64,000 nt of DNA from the human T2T-CHM13v2.0 reference genome, Homo sapiens: the NCBI RefSeq assembly GCF_009914755.1, contig NC_060927.1; one strand, given 5' to 3'. This document shows, piece by piece, positions 26,774-44,861 of this stretch. A program made the position numbers and the translations under genes. Below the pieces are notes generated by a model, which saw only the letters and a list, made by a program, of their open reading frames with translations, was not told the DNA's origin and ran no database searches. Positions within the stretch are counted from its first letter, which is position 1, and the number at the start of each line of letters is the position of its first letter.

Positions 26774-27734
26774 ATTTTTATCTACTGAAAGAGACGGTAC
26801 AGGGCATGGAAGGAGGATAGGGGAGACAAGGATGGCCTCAGTGTCAAAAGAGTAAGGCCTACTTTTGGATGGATCAAATTTGGCTACTTTTAGCCTGTAA
26901 AACTTAAGCATCTTTGTGGTGTCAATCCAGTTCATGTCCAGGCCAATTTTCAAGGTTAGCTCCTGACACTGCCCTGATTCTACTGAGCATCTGCCTCCTT
27001 GTTTGGGAAGAAGTGGGAAAGTGATTTGACACAGTGGCTTTCCAGCGAATGTGCTTGTCAGTGTAACAGGTGGCTGCCCTGTGAGGTTGCTAATCAGAAC
27101 CTGCACTTTTGTATTTTGTTTAGAAAAGCTAAGTCCTTCTAGAGGTCCGTGTAATGCAAATTCATCCAAAGAAGGCAGGCTCAGGAAGGAGGGGGGGAAG
27201 CCAGGTGCTTGCTTCATTCAAGTAACCCAACCACAGAATCCAAGTTCTGCAACTCTGATTTGGGCTTAGTAAACCAGACCCACCAATCCAAGAGAATAAA
27301 GAATCTCCTGGCAATTGGGCCAGCCAGAATCGTCCTCAGTGATCAAGAGTGTATGGAAAGAGAAGTGGAAGAAATACAAGAGGGTGAGCCAGATGTTTTC
27401 AGAGAAAACAGCTCTCTTTGTTTTTGTTCAGAGTCTTCTTTCTCCTTAGGACTCTGATATGAGTACATCTGAAAGAGGCTGGCTTGGGGGATGGGGTGAT
27501 ACCACAGAGTCAAAGCCAGACTTTCCCCCAGATAACTAAGGCTTTTTCTTCTTGGGCCAAGCTTGTCTGACAGTCTCATTCTGTATGAGTTCTTTCCCAG
27601 GAGGCTCTTCAGTTTCTGAAACAGACAGTCTCCTGGCAGACCCACCCCACCAGGCAGCCAGGCTTGGCAAAATATACCAGTAGCAAACAACGCAGCTGGG
27701 ACTCCTGCTATGATAAGATTCATTGGCAGCCTAT

Positions 27735-27950
27735 CATGTGCCAGGAACTTACAGGACATCATTTATTTGATTCCTCATAATAAATCTATGAGAGAGGAGT
27801 TGTGATATCCATTCTACAAAGAACTGAAATGAGATTCTGAAAAGCTAAATAGCTTGCTCAATCTCCCTGAGATATACTGGTGGACAGAGGATTGGAACCC
27901 AGATCTATATAACAAAGCTCACCCACATTTCTGCTACTAGACTACACTGC
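27735..27950 (-). mobile_element. MIR SINE
   Basis: atgtgccagg...atttatttgattcctcataataaatctatgag...gggattggaacccagatct. Confidence 0.6.
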
Positions 27951-29389
27951 CAATTGGGCTTCATCGTTAGTTTTGGAAACTCAAGGCTTGGCCTCTCTTA
28001 TTTAGGATTTTGTGCTTGGAGGGATTGTGGGTAGCAAGGGCTGGAGGGAGAGTGAGGTTCCTCAACATTAAACAAGATCCAGGAGGCCGGGTCTTGACAG
28101 GAATCCCCACCTTAGTTCTAATTATAACAAATATTCCTGAAAATACTTAGACTAAAAATTTTAGAGCTTTAAACCTGAAAAGCGACGAGAAGAAATAATT
28201 TCAAATTGGAACCAGACATGAGTCTCTTGCTTAGGTATCTGTTTTTTCCCATCTGAAATATTCATAATTTCGTGAGGCTGACCTAGATTTATGCAGACAA
28301 AAATCACAATGAGCCTACAACTCAAAGAGTTCGTCTTACTTTGAGTATGAGATATAAAAGTGCGGTAAAAAATCAACAGATGAGAGAGCAACTGGAGAAG
28401 ATTTGAATAAAATCACTCCTTTTCCATGTGGGTCAACACAGTACCAAATAAGAACTGGGCCTTTGATAGAAAATGTAAGGGACACCCTCATAGTGACTTC
28501 TTTCCTAGCAGTCTGCCTCTGTTTGCGGTGTTGTCTGGGGTCATTGTTGAAAGTTATTGACATATTTCTGCCTCTTTGTGAGTTATCTGTGAAGCTACGC
28601 CACAGTACTCTGTTGTTGGCTATTCTGCATGCTCCCAGTGCTCAGGTGAATTCCTTGGAAGATACTGAGCGAAAACCTAGAGCTTATATGACCATAATAT
28701 CTAGACCATTAGCATGAACTGGTAAAAACCAAAGTAGAGGAAAAAGATTGAACCAACAACTCAGTAGAAATTGGTAGGTTTATATGAGCTTTGTTTTGTG
28801 GCTCGAACATTTTAGATACCCAAAGTCCAAGCATTACTCAGTTGGGACTGGAAATCAGATGAAGTCATCTAACATTTTTCAAGAGATGGAAGCCAAATAA
28901 TTTGGCTTAGACTTAAGTAGAATACTTGAGAGCCCCACTCCAAGCAGTAGCCTATTTATATGGATTATTTTAATCATTTCTGGGTTAACTAGTAAGGATT
29001 ATAGTCATCTTTATAAAACAATAACAGCAACAATAGCAGCAGCAACAACAAAAATAGCAAGGACAACATCTACGGAAGCCATTAAAGATGTTGAAGAGGA
29101 ATAAAAAAGAAATGAGCTCGCTTTAACCATATTATGAAGAAAAGAGAGAATTGCAGATTTCCATGTTTGGCTCAATACATTTTTAAATAGAAATTTAGTT
29201 ATGAATGATATTGAAGGCCTGTATTTGAGAGTCTAAATACATTCTTATGAAACCAGAGTACATTTTCACATGCAGTGAACTAGCAAACTGTAAGAATGAG
29301 TATACGGGAAGAACACATCCTTATATTAAATAGAGAGGAGTTTTTATAAAGATCTTGATTGTACATGTATCTGGGAGACATCTTTAATG

Positions 29390-30410
<1,021 letters not shown>

Positions 30411-30544
30411 TTAATTTACAACGCAGATAAATGAGGAAGCAGTTAATTTTTAAAAATAAATGAGTCTCCGGAGGTTTTCTTTAAATGATGACCATGCTTT
30501 GGGTCATTTAACACAATTAATTCACATAAATATAATTCGTATAA

Positions 30545-30910
<366 letters not shown>

Positions 30911-32299
30911 TGACTTTTGTTAGTTTGAGTTGCTAAGAAATACTTAGTATATACATTCTTACTACATTTTTCCTGATTTGAAAAGGAAAAAAAAGTCTGT
31001 TTTCTCTCTCCCTAGCAAACTATACATTCCAAGCTCCCTAGAACATATTTTACACATAGAAATACCTTTTTACTGTTATAGACATGTTTATGAAAGTTTC
31101 TCAAGCACTGAAATTTTCTAAATAAAATTCTATTTCTTATGATTTGTTACTTTATAGATCCTTTATCTTAATTTCTAATGATTTTTAATAGGTGGAATTT
31201 CTAATTACTATCCTTTTCTTAATGTAATATAAAAACTTTATATATATATACTTAAATGCAGTAGAGAAAATACTACTTAAAACAACTCAAAATTATTTTG
31301 CAAATAAAAAGTTACTAGGCAATGAGAACAATATTCACCTACTGCACCTGTCAGTGTTTGTTGTATTTGAATTTCCTTGTACCATCTTGAAATTTCTGAG
31401 GGCAGATCATACTTAATACCTCTTTCTTTATAAGATTTTACAGCACAAATCAAAAATGCAGGTTGAAATGAAATAATGAAAAAAATGATTTTGCTAGTTG
31501 TACTCTCTATTACTTGGACTTAAAAAAAAAAAAAGCAGCTCCTGTATATGTTTAAATCCCCCACTTGGGGATTTGTTTGAAGTCAATTCCCAATAGAATC
31601 TTCAGATACACTAGCTTCTGCTGTGGGTTTTGAACTGGCACAGCTTCTGTGTGCATTACTTATGCCTTCCTTGGGGTCTGAACAGAAAGCCTTGTGGATT
31701 TAGAATGGATTAATGCTGGCATTTGGGGGATTACAGATGAAACATGAAGAAACTTTATTTCAAATAAGCAGAATGCATGTATTTCATTTGTCTTCTTTTC
31801 TGTGGTTCATGAAGGTGAAATGAAAAAATATTTTGCTACTTCTGTTGAAATTAAATGATTGAAATTATGTAATCATGATTTTAAGGGTTTAGTTTTACAC
31901 ATTTGCATTATAAATTTCCCATAATCAACTAAGTTAATTTTAATTCATTTGGCTAAAGTGTTTTAATATGTATCTTGCCCAAATCTTTTATTCACTGAAA
32001 GGCAGACAGGGTATCAGCTAATTTTGTTTCTTCATAGGTTTGGCTGAGCTATTCAAATGAGCTGAAGGCCTACTTATTTTATTAGCCTAAGTATTCACAT
32101 CTGATTAATATTTGGACAGTGTTTAGCTAGCAGTGGGAAAAGGAGTTTTAAAAATTAGCCCTGTCATATTTTAGGAAGCAGTTTAAAATGTGAAGTAGAA
32201 TAACCTCTAAACTGTCTTCATAAAGCAACTAGAAAATTAGCTGAGTTTAAAATATGTCACAAGATAATTAAGAAAGAACAGTTGAAATACATGCAGGAG

Positions 32300-32510
32300 A
32301 TGTGGCTTTGTGGAAAAATACATAGCCACTGAAGTCAGAAGCTACAGATTCAGATTCTGACCCCACCATAATTTCTAGCTGTTCAAAGTTGGGCAAGTTA
32401 TATAACTTCTGTGAGTTCCAGTTTTCTTAATTATAAAGTGAGGGTAATCATACTGACCTCAAAGGCATATTACAATTAAATGAGATACATATGTGAAAGT
32501 GCCTAGCAAA
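32300..32510 (+). mobile_element. MIR SINE
   Basis: ttgggcaagttatataacttctgtgagttccagttttcttaattataaagtgagggtaat...attaaatgagata. Confidence 0.75.
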
Positions 32511-33059
32511 GAGAATTGCAAGCTATAAAGAAAGGCATGAAATGGAAAGTATTATAAAAGGATGAAGAAATGACGGGAGAGAGAACATTTACTTCAGAGG
32601 GCAGAGCTCTAATGGTCAATTTCGTCCCTTTCCTCCCTCACTTCACACTACCCCAGAATGATTTAAACACCAGGCTTCTCCCAACTCTCTTTTTTTTTTC
32701 TCCTGGGCCCTTTTCACTTGCAGTGGCATGTTTTTCTCCTGTCATTAGCTGTCTGCATTTTCTAAGATAACATCAGAGGGCCTTGCCACTTCTCTAGTTC
32801 TCAGGCTTGTTCTTATTGAAATCTGCAGAATAAGGCCCTGGAGCAGCGAGGGGAACTAGAACTCCTCGTGGGCTTCAGGTAGACATGTCCACTTCAGGGG
32901 ACATGTCCACTTCCCAGACAGAGGCCTGTTTTCTTATTTTCTTTGTCCTCCTGTTTTTTACTTTATTTTTTTTTTTAATGCAGGCCAGAACAATATGACC
33001 TACTTAACTCTTCACAAGCTGATAACTTTGTAGTAAGTAGGTAATTGAGAGGGTTTAGA

Positions 33060-33372
33060 CCAGTACTGTCCTGCAGAAATACAATGCGAGCAACAAATGT
33101 GAACCACATGTGAACACCACTAGAAAATTTAAAATTTTCTGATAACCACATGAAATTAAAAAGAGATAGGTGAAATTAATTTTAGTAATATATTGTTTTT
33201 AACCCGATATATCTAAAATATTTACCCTTTCATTACATAATCAATATTAAAATTGTCTCATTATTAAAAATTATCAATGAGAGATTTTACTTTTTTTTTT
33301 TTTGCACATCTCAATTTGAACGAGCCACATTTCAAATGCTTGTTAGTGACGACTGTATTCTACAGTGCTGGT
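33060..33372. mobile_element. MER33/MER3-like hAT DNA transposon
   Basis: cagtactgtcc...aaaattttctgataaccacat...ggtgaaattaattttagtaatat...agccacatttcaaatgct...tacagtgctg. Confidence 0.7.
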
Positions 33373-33580
33373 TTAGACAGATTTTCCCTCTTGCACTCTC
33401 TCTCAGTGCTGTAGAAGAATTTTTGGAATAAGCTAAATCATCGAGACTGAATTCTTCATATCAGGAAAGTGAGACCTAGAGAGACCAAGTAAATTGTCCC
33501 ACATGTTAGTGCCACAGCCAGAACTCCAACTCAGTTCTCCCGACTCTCAATACGTGGTGTTTTTCCAGTTAAACATCTGA

Positions 33581-33898
<318 letters not shown>

Positions 33899-34086
33899 GC
33901 TTAATCTGTTTTATAGAAACACACTGGAGCTCAGATAAGTGAAGTCATAGTGCATTGGGAGGAACTGAGAAATTTCCCAAGGAGTAAGATGACAAATTTC
34001 TGACAGGATTATTTCAGTGTGGCCTCATTCATACCATAAGAAGCCATTCTTCTGAATTGTATGCAAAAAGAAACTAGAAGGCCTAG

Positions 34087-34449
<363 letters not shown>

Positions 34450-36319
34450 TGATTGTAATGACTCTTTTAGTGCACAGCACTATGCTTGGCTTATAGAATT
34501 TCTCAGTAAACATTTGTTGAATCAATTTAAGAACTCAGCAGAATAGAAAATTAAAACTAGAAGAAATACTGAAAACCATTTAGTAAAGGTAATGATGGTA
34601 AAGTAGCCAATAATTCAACAGATTTTACTACTTTCCCCCTTCCCTTTAATGATTCAGAGGAGAGAAGTAACTTGCCCAAGGTCACATTGCTGCTAATTTT
34701 GAAGAATCCAGCTCTCTCTCAACTGCTAGTGATTTTTTTAAAACCATGATTTCAACTACTCTGATTAAATGGAATTAAATCTATGGCTAAGCCATATCTT
34801 GTGAATGGAGGACGTTTGGAACCTCAAGATATGACATCTAATTTGGAAATTTGGAAAGCATTTACTGAGACAGAAAGAATGGTCTATTTCTTGAAAGTGC
34901 TGTTAAAAAGCGACAGAAATGCAATTATTTTGGATTTGTTTTAGTGCTTCAGTATTTTTAGAATTTCCCCATAAACACCTCCCTTGAGGAGCATACAGCA
35001 CTTGGCATGCTAAAGTAACTCAGGATGCTTTCAGCAAATGCAGTTGACAGCTTGACCAGACATCTGGATTTGTGTATGTCTGAGAGAGTCCAGATACTTC
35101 TCCAAGATATTTTTGCTTTTCAGTCTTCAGTTGAACTAATACTTCCCCTCTTTCTTGAGCCTGAACACCTTCCTAGGGCTGAACCTAGACAACTGTGAAG
35201 ATGGGGTTGCTTCTGTCCAAACACACTGCTAAAACTAGACTGCTAACTGTTCAGCACGGACCCTGTGTTCCAGATGTATGAGGGTATGTTTGAAGAAGGT
35301 CTGCAGCAGCAAGGGCTCTGGAGTGGCATATAGGCTGAAAAATCTGATGAAATCAGGATGCCAGATTACTTGGTCTAGTGCAGTGATATTGTTCTGAGAA
35401 GTGAGGTGGAAGAAAATATCCCCAGGATAAAAAAGAACAGGATGAAAAATACTGGTTTAAAAAAAAGATATGGATTTTTCCTTCCCAGACAGATTGTTAA
35501 ATAGGCTTTTCTTGTTCAGTGGGGTCTGGTAATGAAAGTTGACAGGATATTAAGGTTATTTCAGGTTCTACTGTCTCCCAGGGTCACATAAGCCTTCTGT
35601 TATGCATGTTAATCCATCTCAGCATTCCTGCCAGGAGCTGCCTAAAGTAGGGCAATCAGTTTAGTATGCACCTTCCCCTTTACAGTTTAGTTGAGAGGCA
35701 AAACCTACCAATTAGCAGACTATGCATTGAAAATCAAGTGATGCTTTTCTATTCTAAAGACATAGCACCAAACTTTGTGATTAATAAGTGATGAACCTAA
35801 CTGTCGTTCCCTCAAAAATGCAAAGCAAAAAGAAGAAAGCAATACCTCCCTCCTCTCTCCATCTCTTTTTTGGCATAGGCATGCCTGTGCCTGCACACAT
35901 ATACATTTATGTATATATAAAAACTATAAGGTGAATTTAGCATCATAGACTGGAAATACTGGTTGGCTCCTGCAAAGCCCAGCTCATATTCTGACTTTCT
36001 CCGTTTAGACATACAGCTTCCTCATTTACAAACCTCCCACCAACTACCCCATTAGTTATAAAAAGGGAACAATATCACCAAGAAAACCCCGGAGATGTAA
36101 TCAAATCTCGGTGAAGAGGAAATGTGGAAGTTTGATTCTAGCACTAATCCATTAATAACTGGGGTGTGTCCCCACCAACAAACACTATTCTAGATGATTC
36201 CCTGATGGATATTATAAATTTCTTGTGGTTATAAGATAACCAGAACAACCTATTCTAGTTGTTGTTATTTCAACTTTCATCTGCTTATTTTCTGCACAAC
36301 TGATGACAGTAGTGGCAAG

Positions 36320-36530
36320 AAGTGAAGACTTTGGAATTAAACTGATTGGATTAGAAACCCAGCTTTGTCATTTACTACATGTGTGATGAAAGCAAGTTGT
36401 TTAAGCTCTCCAAACTTCAGTTTCGTCACGAGTAAAATGGCAATAATTGTACCTATATCTCAGGATTCTTATAAAGATTAAGTGAGATAGTACACAGTGC
36501 TTGGCTCCACAATTGGTAATTCACTGGTAG
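36320..36530 (+). mobile_element. MIR SINE
   Basis: agactttggaatt...gcaagttgtttaagctctccaaacttcagtttcgtcacgagtaaaatgg. Confidence 0.65.
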
Positions 36531-37918
36531 TCACTGTGCTAAAAATGAAGATAAACAAAAATTCAAGGTTTGTTCTACTGAACTGTTGTTACCTTTTGTC
36601 TGCCTCTTGAAGCTTAGTGACTTTGTATTAGAGCAAGGATGTTATATGCCCAAACCTAAGTGGTCAGTACTGAAGGAAAAAATATCTCTTTCTACCCGCA
36701 TTTATCTATGAGCAAAGCTATAAAAGTGGGCTCCATTCTCTTCTCTTTTGATAAAAGCAAAATGTATTCACTCTAAGTGGCTATTAGAGGGCCAATCTCT
36801 GTACAGCCTATTCTATATAATAGGTACTCAAAACTCATTCACTCTGACATGGCTTAATATTTTCTGTGCCGTGACTGGTGGTGGTGTAGGCTCCTGATAA
36901 AACATTATATCAACTCTCAAACCTCTGAATTTTTGAAGCAGATGTTTTCCTAACATCCTGTAAATACTCCAATCATCTGAAACTGCTGGGATTTCACCTT
37001 TGTACCATTTTTAGTAATATGCCCATTGAGTAATGGGCCTGTCTAATCTGTTTGACGTTTATTGGTGCTCAAAGTGTAGCAAGGTTGGGAGATGTAGCAA
37101 AGCACATTCTAAATAAATCAACGGAAGCAAGCAAACTAAATCACAGGGGGGAATTACAGTGTCCAAATCATTTATACACTGGTGATTACCATTTCACCTG
37201 GGTCCAACTGATGTCACACTAGAGTTTCCAAAGCTCTAGGAATCATTCATCAATCCAACGAAACCTGCTCATCCATGGTTCCACATTGAAACTGGCCAAC
37301 ATGGTAAGAATTACAATAGTCCAGGACAGGAAGGTTAATTAGTCACAAGAAAGAACATGTGGAGAAGAAAATGTACTGAGTGGGAGAGGTTCTAGTATCA
37401 TTCCTGGTATTAGTTAGCAATGCGATCTTAGGGTAGTTGATTTCTATGTCTGCCTCAGCTGCTTAACAAGAAAATGTGTGTATATCTATGTGTGTGTTGT
37501 TTGTGTGTGTGTGAGAGAGGGAGATACGATTGTGATTTTATAGTTTTGAAGAGATCAGAACCTCTATTTCAAATGATATTTAACTCAAAATTCAATATGT
37601 AAAATTGATTAAAGCAGAATTGATATGTTTGGAGAAGGGGACCCAGAGCAGACTGGACTTTCACTCAAATATTGTGGGAGTTCTAAATAGTCTTTTATAA
37701 ACACTCAGAGTTCTCTGTACTCTGTGTGAAAACCTTTGGATTAGATGTTCTGTAAGGTCTCACCGACTCAAGTTTCATTTGAGTCTAGGAGAAGTTCCCC
37801 TCAAGATAAAACATTGAACTTATGCAAATAATTTATTTTTAATTTATTAATTAATTAGCAAACTATGCAAATAATTTATTAAAGTAGTTTGGTTTCAAGT
37901 CTCATGAGTCAGTGGGTG

Positions 37919-38229
<311 letters not shown>

Positions 38230-38399
38230 TAGTGGTTTAATGTCTTCCTCTTCTTTTCTTTTTTCTCATTTAAAGTCTGAATTAATACAAATGCCTTTTT
38301 GTTTCTACCACCTTTTTTATTGTAACAATTGGCTAAATTGTATTATTCATTTTAAACTGTGAGCGTCTGTTTCTATAGGGATGGAGAAAGTCCCAAGAG

Positions 38400-39560
<1,161 letters not shown>

Positions 39561-39762
39561 TTAATTACTACTTTGTTTTTTTTTAAGTAGTTGTTCCTGA
39601 GGATACAGTATACACGTATATGCTATCCCAGTCCACCTTCAAATAATGTGAAAGTATTTCACAATGCAAAAACTTTACAACAATGCAATCCATTAATACT
39701 CCTTTTACTCTTTGTGCTCACATTATCATATGGGGGTTCATGGAAAATGTATGTTAGGAAAA

Positions 39763-40024
39763 AAATCACAATCCAAGCAATGGCTACCAAGAGGTGGAAG
39801 TGGTCAGTCAAAACAAAAGCAGACTAGTCAAGAGCAAAAGTCATAGCAACAGTTTTTTGGGGATGCTGAAGACATTTTGCTTGTTGACTTTCTGGAGGGC
39901 CAATGAATAATGACATCTGATTATTATGAAAGTGTTTTGAGAAGTCAGCCAGAGCTTTAGCAGAAAAATGATCAGGAAAGCTTTGACAGAAGGTCCACCA
40001 CCACGATGCTCTTGCTCATTCCTC
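39763..40024 (+). repeat. 262-bp direct duplicate of 40710-40971
   Basis: Base-by-base comparison gives 5 mismatches and no indels. Confidence 0.95.
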
Positions 40025-41119
40025 CAAAAGTTCATGGAAAATGTATGTTAGGAAAAAAATATGCATACATTTAAGAAATCTCTACATCAAAATAAACTTT
40101 TACTAACTTGTTATAACATGTCTGAACAGAATCTAGTTTGTTGTACTAAGAATGATAAGACATCAGTTAGAAAAGAGCCCCTATCAGAGCAACATGAATT
40201 ATGCTAAAATTGAAGGAAGACCAAACATCATATTTATGGTAAAGCTTGGGTAGAAGAATGATGAAATCATTAATCCTTTATAAAAAGTTTATGGGGACAA
40301 TGCCCCAAAGAAATCATCAATTTACAAATGGATAACTTATTTAAAGAAGGGACAAGATGATACTGAAGATAAACCCCGAAGCTGCAGACCATTCATATCA
40401 ATTTCCAAGGAAAAAATTAATCTTGTTTGTGCCTAACTGAGGAAGACCAATGATTAACAGAAGAAACGATAGCTAACATCATAGACATCTCAATTGGTTC
40501 AGCTTACACAATCCTGACTGAAAAATTAAACTTGAGCAAACTTCCAACTCGATGGGTCTGTCACAAAGCCATTGCATTCAGATCAGCTGAAGAAATCAGC
40601 AGAGCTGTCAATGGAAATTTTAAACAAGTGAGATCCAAATCCTGAAGCATTTCTTCAAAGCATTGTAATAGGAGATGGAACCTAGCTTTACCAGTGTGAT
40701 TTTGAAGACAAATCACAATCCAAGCAATGGCTACCAAGAGGTGGAAGTGGTCAGTCAAAACAAAAGCAGACTAGTCAAGAGCAAAAGTCATAGCAACAGT
40801 TTTTTGGGGACGCTGAAGATATTTTGCTTGTTGACTTTCCGGAGGGCCAATGAATAATGACATCTGATTAATATGAAAGTGTTTTGAGAAGTCAGCCAGA
40901 GCTTTAGCAGAAAAATGATCAGGAAAGCTTTGACAGAAGGTCCACCACCACGATGCTCTTGATCATTCCTCTCATCAAACAAGGATGATTTTGCAGAAGT
41001 TTCAGTGGGAAATCATTAGGCATTCACATTACAGTCCTTATTTGGCTCCCTCTGGTTTCTTTTTGTTTCCTAATCTTAAAAAATCTTTAAAGATCATCCA
41101 TTTTTTTGTCAGTTAATGA

Positions 41120-41470
<351 letters not shown>

Positions 41471-41711
41471 CACCCTCAGATCTTTAATGGCTGGTATCAC
41501 CACTTACAAAAAGTGCCTTGAACTTGATGGAGCTTACATTGAAAAATAAAGTTTATATTTTTTATTTTTATCTTTTAATTCCATTTTCCCACAAACTTTT
41601 TGAAAGCCTCCCCCCTCCCATAAATTTCACTTGTAAATATGTTAAAACTCTAAAATAAATCATCACCATTTTGTTTTAAATAGTTAGCAGTTCAATTTGG
41701 GTCTTTAACAT

Positions 41712-42440
41712 TTTTTTTTCTTTTTTGTTTTTTAATTTTACTTTAAGGTCCGGGATGCATGTGCAGAACGAGCCGGTTTGTTACACAGGTTTACGTGTGC
41801 CATGGTGGTTTGCCGCACCTACTGACCCATCCTCTAAGTTCCCTCCCCTCACCCCCTACCACCCCTCCAATAGGCCCTTGCGTGTGTTGTTCCCCTCCCT
41901 GTGTCCATGTGTTCTCATTGTTCAAGTCCCACTTATGAGTGAGAACATGAGGTGTTTGGTTTTCTGTTCCGGTGTTAATTTGCTGAGGATGATGGCTTCC
42001 ACCTTCATCCATGTCCCTGCAAAGGACATAATCTTATTCCTTTTTATGGCTGCATAGTATTCCATGATGTATACGTACCATATTTTCTTTATCCAGTCTA
42101 TCATTGATGGGCATTTGGGTTGGTTCCATGATGTTGCTATTGTAAATAGTGCTGCAATAAACATACATGTTCATGTATCTTTATAGTAGAATGATTTATA
42201 TTCTTTTGGGTATATATCCAGTTATGAGATTGCTGGGTCAAATGGTATTTCTGTTTCTAGATTCTTGAGGAATCACCATACTGTCTTCCACAATGGTTGA
42301 ACTAACTTACATTCCCACTAACAGTGTGAAAGCATTCCTATTTCTCCACAGCCTCGCCAGCATCTGTTGTTTCTTGACTTTTTAATAATCACCATTCTGA
42401 CTGGTGTGAGATGGTATCTCACTGTGGTTTTGATTTGCAT
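41712..42440 (-). mobile_element. L1PA 3' end (L1PA8-like), 5'-truncated
   Basis: ORF 41922-42164 MFIAALFTIA..WNQPKCPSMIDWIKKIW; 3'UTR gacccatcctctaagttccctcccc; T-tail at ~41712. Confidence 0.92.
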
Positions 42441-42444
42441 GAAA

Positions 42445-43590
42445 ATATTTTTCTTGTCTTTATTCAACATGTTCAGTCTTAAGCACCAATACATGGAATA
42501 CAGTCATAACTGTTTTAATGTTCTTGTCTATTAATTTATCATCAACGTTATTTCTTGGTTAATTTTAATTGACTGGCCTCCTCTCACCCACACACACCTG
42601 TTATAGATTGTATTACCCTTCTTTGCATGTTGTGTAACTTTTGATTAGATGCCAGACATTGTGAGTTTTATTAATACATTGTTGGGTACTCGATAGTTTT
42701 GTTTTTATATAGATAATCTTGAGCTGGAACATATTTAAGTTACTTGGAAACAATTTGACCCTTTTGGCTCTTACTTTAAAAGCAAGCTTTATTAGGTAGG
42801 ACCAGAGCAGCAATTAGTCTATGGTTAATTTTTTTCCCACTACGTAGACACTTCTTAGTACTTTAGGCATTTCTTAATACTTTATTCCTAGTACTTCAGC
42901 CTAGGAGTCAGCAAACTTTTTCTGTAAAGGGTAGATAGTAAATAATTTAGACTTTGTGGGCCATCTGGTTTCAGTTCCAACTACTCAATTCTTGTTATAG
43001 CCCGAAAGCAGCCATAGAAGGTACATAAATAAATGGGTGTGGCTGTGTTCCAATAAAACTGTATTTACAAAAATAGGTGGCAGACTGGATTTGGCCTATG
43101 GGTCATAGTTTGCCCACTCTTGATCTAATCTATAAACCATGATTTATGAGATTGTCTACTCTGGCTGTGAAGAACAGACACTATTACTGGCTCTGGGTAA
43201 GTTCTGGGCACTGATCCCTCAAATCTTTTTGGGTAATTTTCTCATTCTCATTTGCTCATCAGTACTTAGCTGAATACTTGATGGAGACTCTCTGCAAATC
43301 TTGAAAGTTTTCTCTCTGGCTTCTCTGGACTCTCATCTCCTTTTCCTCAACTCAGATAGTCTGGCTGCTCTGCCTGGATTCCCTTTCCCTGCAGCACAGC
43401 CTGGAATCTTTCTCCAGGGAGTACGCTGGGGGCATTTGCAGGACTCATCTCCTTTGTTCCACATGTCTCAGGAATCACGATCCTTCTTTGCACAATGTCA
43501 AATATCTTGAGAGCTGGTTTTTCCAGCTTTTTATTTGTTTCAGGTGGGAAGATAAAATGGATCTATGTTATTTTATCTTTGCTGGAATGC
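42445..43590 (-). mobile_element. Ancient L1M fragment interrupted by MER58A
   Basis: ttgattagatgccagacattgtgagtttt and gagactctctgcaaatcttgaaagttttctctct resemble old L1M 5' sequence. Confidence 0.5.
42903..43123 (+). mobile_element. MER58A hAT DNA transposon
   Basis: aggagtcagcaaactttttctgtaaaggg...aaagcagccatag...ggctgtgttccaataaaact...atagtttgcccactcttg. Confidence 0.85.
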
Positions 43591-44767
43591 ATAGTGTTAA
43601 TATAGTATATTGTGTTATAGACATAAAGCTACTTCATGCATGCTATTTTTCCCTAGAATGCATAAAGAGGACTCCCTTCTGTAAGCAAAACTAGTTAGCA
43701 TCAGCATACAACAGATGAATTTAGACATCTGCAAAAATAACTCTATCTTAGAGGACTGTTAGTAAATAAGTTATTGAAGAAGGCTTAGGGAATATGCGGG
43801 TCCAATTAAGATTACCATAGTATATCTTCAGAAATTATAGGTAACTAAAGAAACTGCAGTATGATCAATGGAGATGTAACTTGTCTATCTGAAGTAATTT
43901 TGAATCGTATTTCTTTATCTATGATGCCTGCCTTCTACCCTAGATTTTTAAGCTCCTTCATGACAAAGGCATAACTCTATTGTCTTTGTTTTAAAACCAA
44001 CTTCTAGCATGGGGCATAGGAATGTTTTAAATGCTCTCCTAGATGATTCTGATATGCCTACATGTTGACTATAATACTAGTTGAAGAGATATTTATTATT
44101 AGAGACACTGCAAACTGTAGCAATATATTTTTTTCATTCAGCAATTATTTACTGAAGGCTTTCTATGTACCAAGCACTAAACAGGTAACCAAAAAGTATG
44201 GAATAAATATAATATACAGCCACTTTTCTCAGAATGCTTACTATCTAGTCGAGGAAACAAACATACCTAAAACAATTGGGACCAAACACAAGCTGTGTAT
44301 ACTTAGCTCCTGAATGGAGTGGAGTAATTATATATTATATAAACATTCAGTGAAGTGGAATCAGTTCAGGCTTGCTTGAGTAGACAAGGCAGATTTTCTC
44401 AGAATAATTTTTTCTTTTTTCAAATATAATATTCTGGATGTTTAAGAACATTCTTACTTGCTAGATCCAGGTCTCTTTGTCCTCATTTTTGAGATGAATT
44501 AGTGGAGAATATGAAAACTAGTTTATTCAGAACACTTGGTGTTAAATATTTCTAACGGTGTTTCAATAATAAATTTACCATCCTCGTCAATGTCTGGAAG
44601 TTCTCTTCTTGGCAATTAATTTTTTTCAGCCAAAAGAGCATATCTGATAGCATTATTATTATTTTACTAAATATGAAAATATGAGGGATATCTTACATTT
44701 AAAACTAATTGCTTAAAGTGTTTTTTTGAGACATGTAACTTTTTAATACGCTTTTAAGGGGTTTTTG

Positions 44768-44815
<48 letters not shown>

Positions 44816-44861
44816 GTATCTATCTATCTATGTATCTACCTACCTATCCATCTATCTATCT
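44768..44861. repeat. (TATC)n tetranucleotide microsatellite
   Basis: About 11 perfect ctat units followed by variant units. Confidence 0.95.

Noticed and set aside
35250-35266. REST/RE1-like site ttcagcacggaccctg
   Set aside because: The spacer between half-sites is missing and the right half is poor relative to TTCAGCACCACGGACAGCGCC
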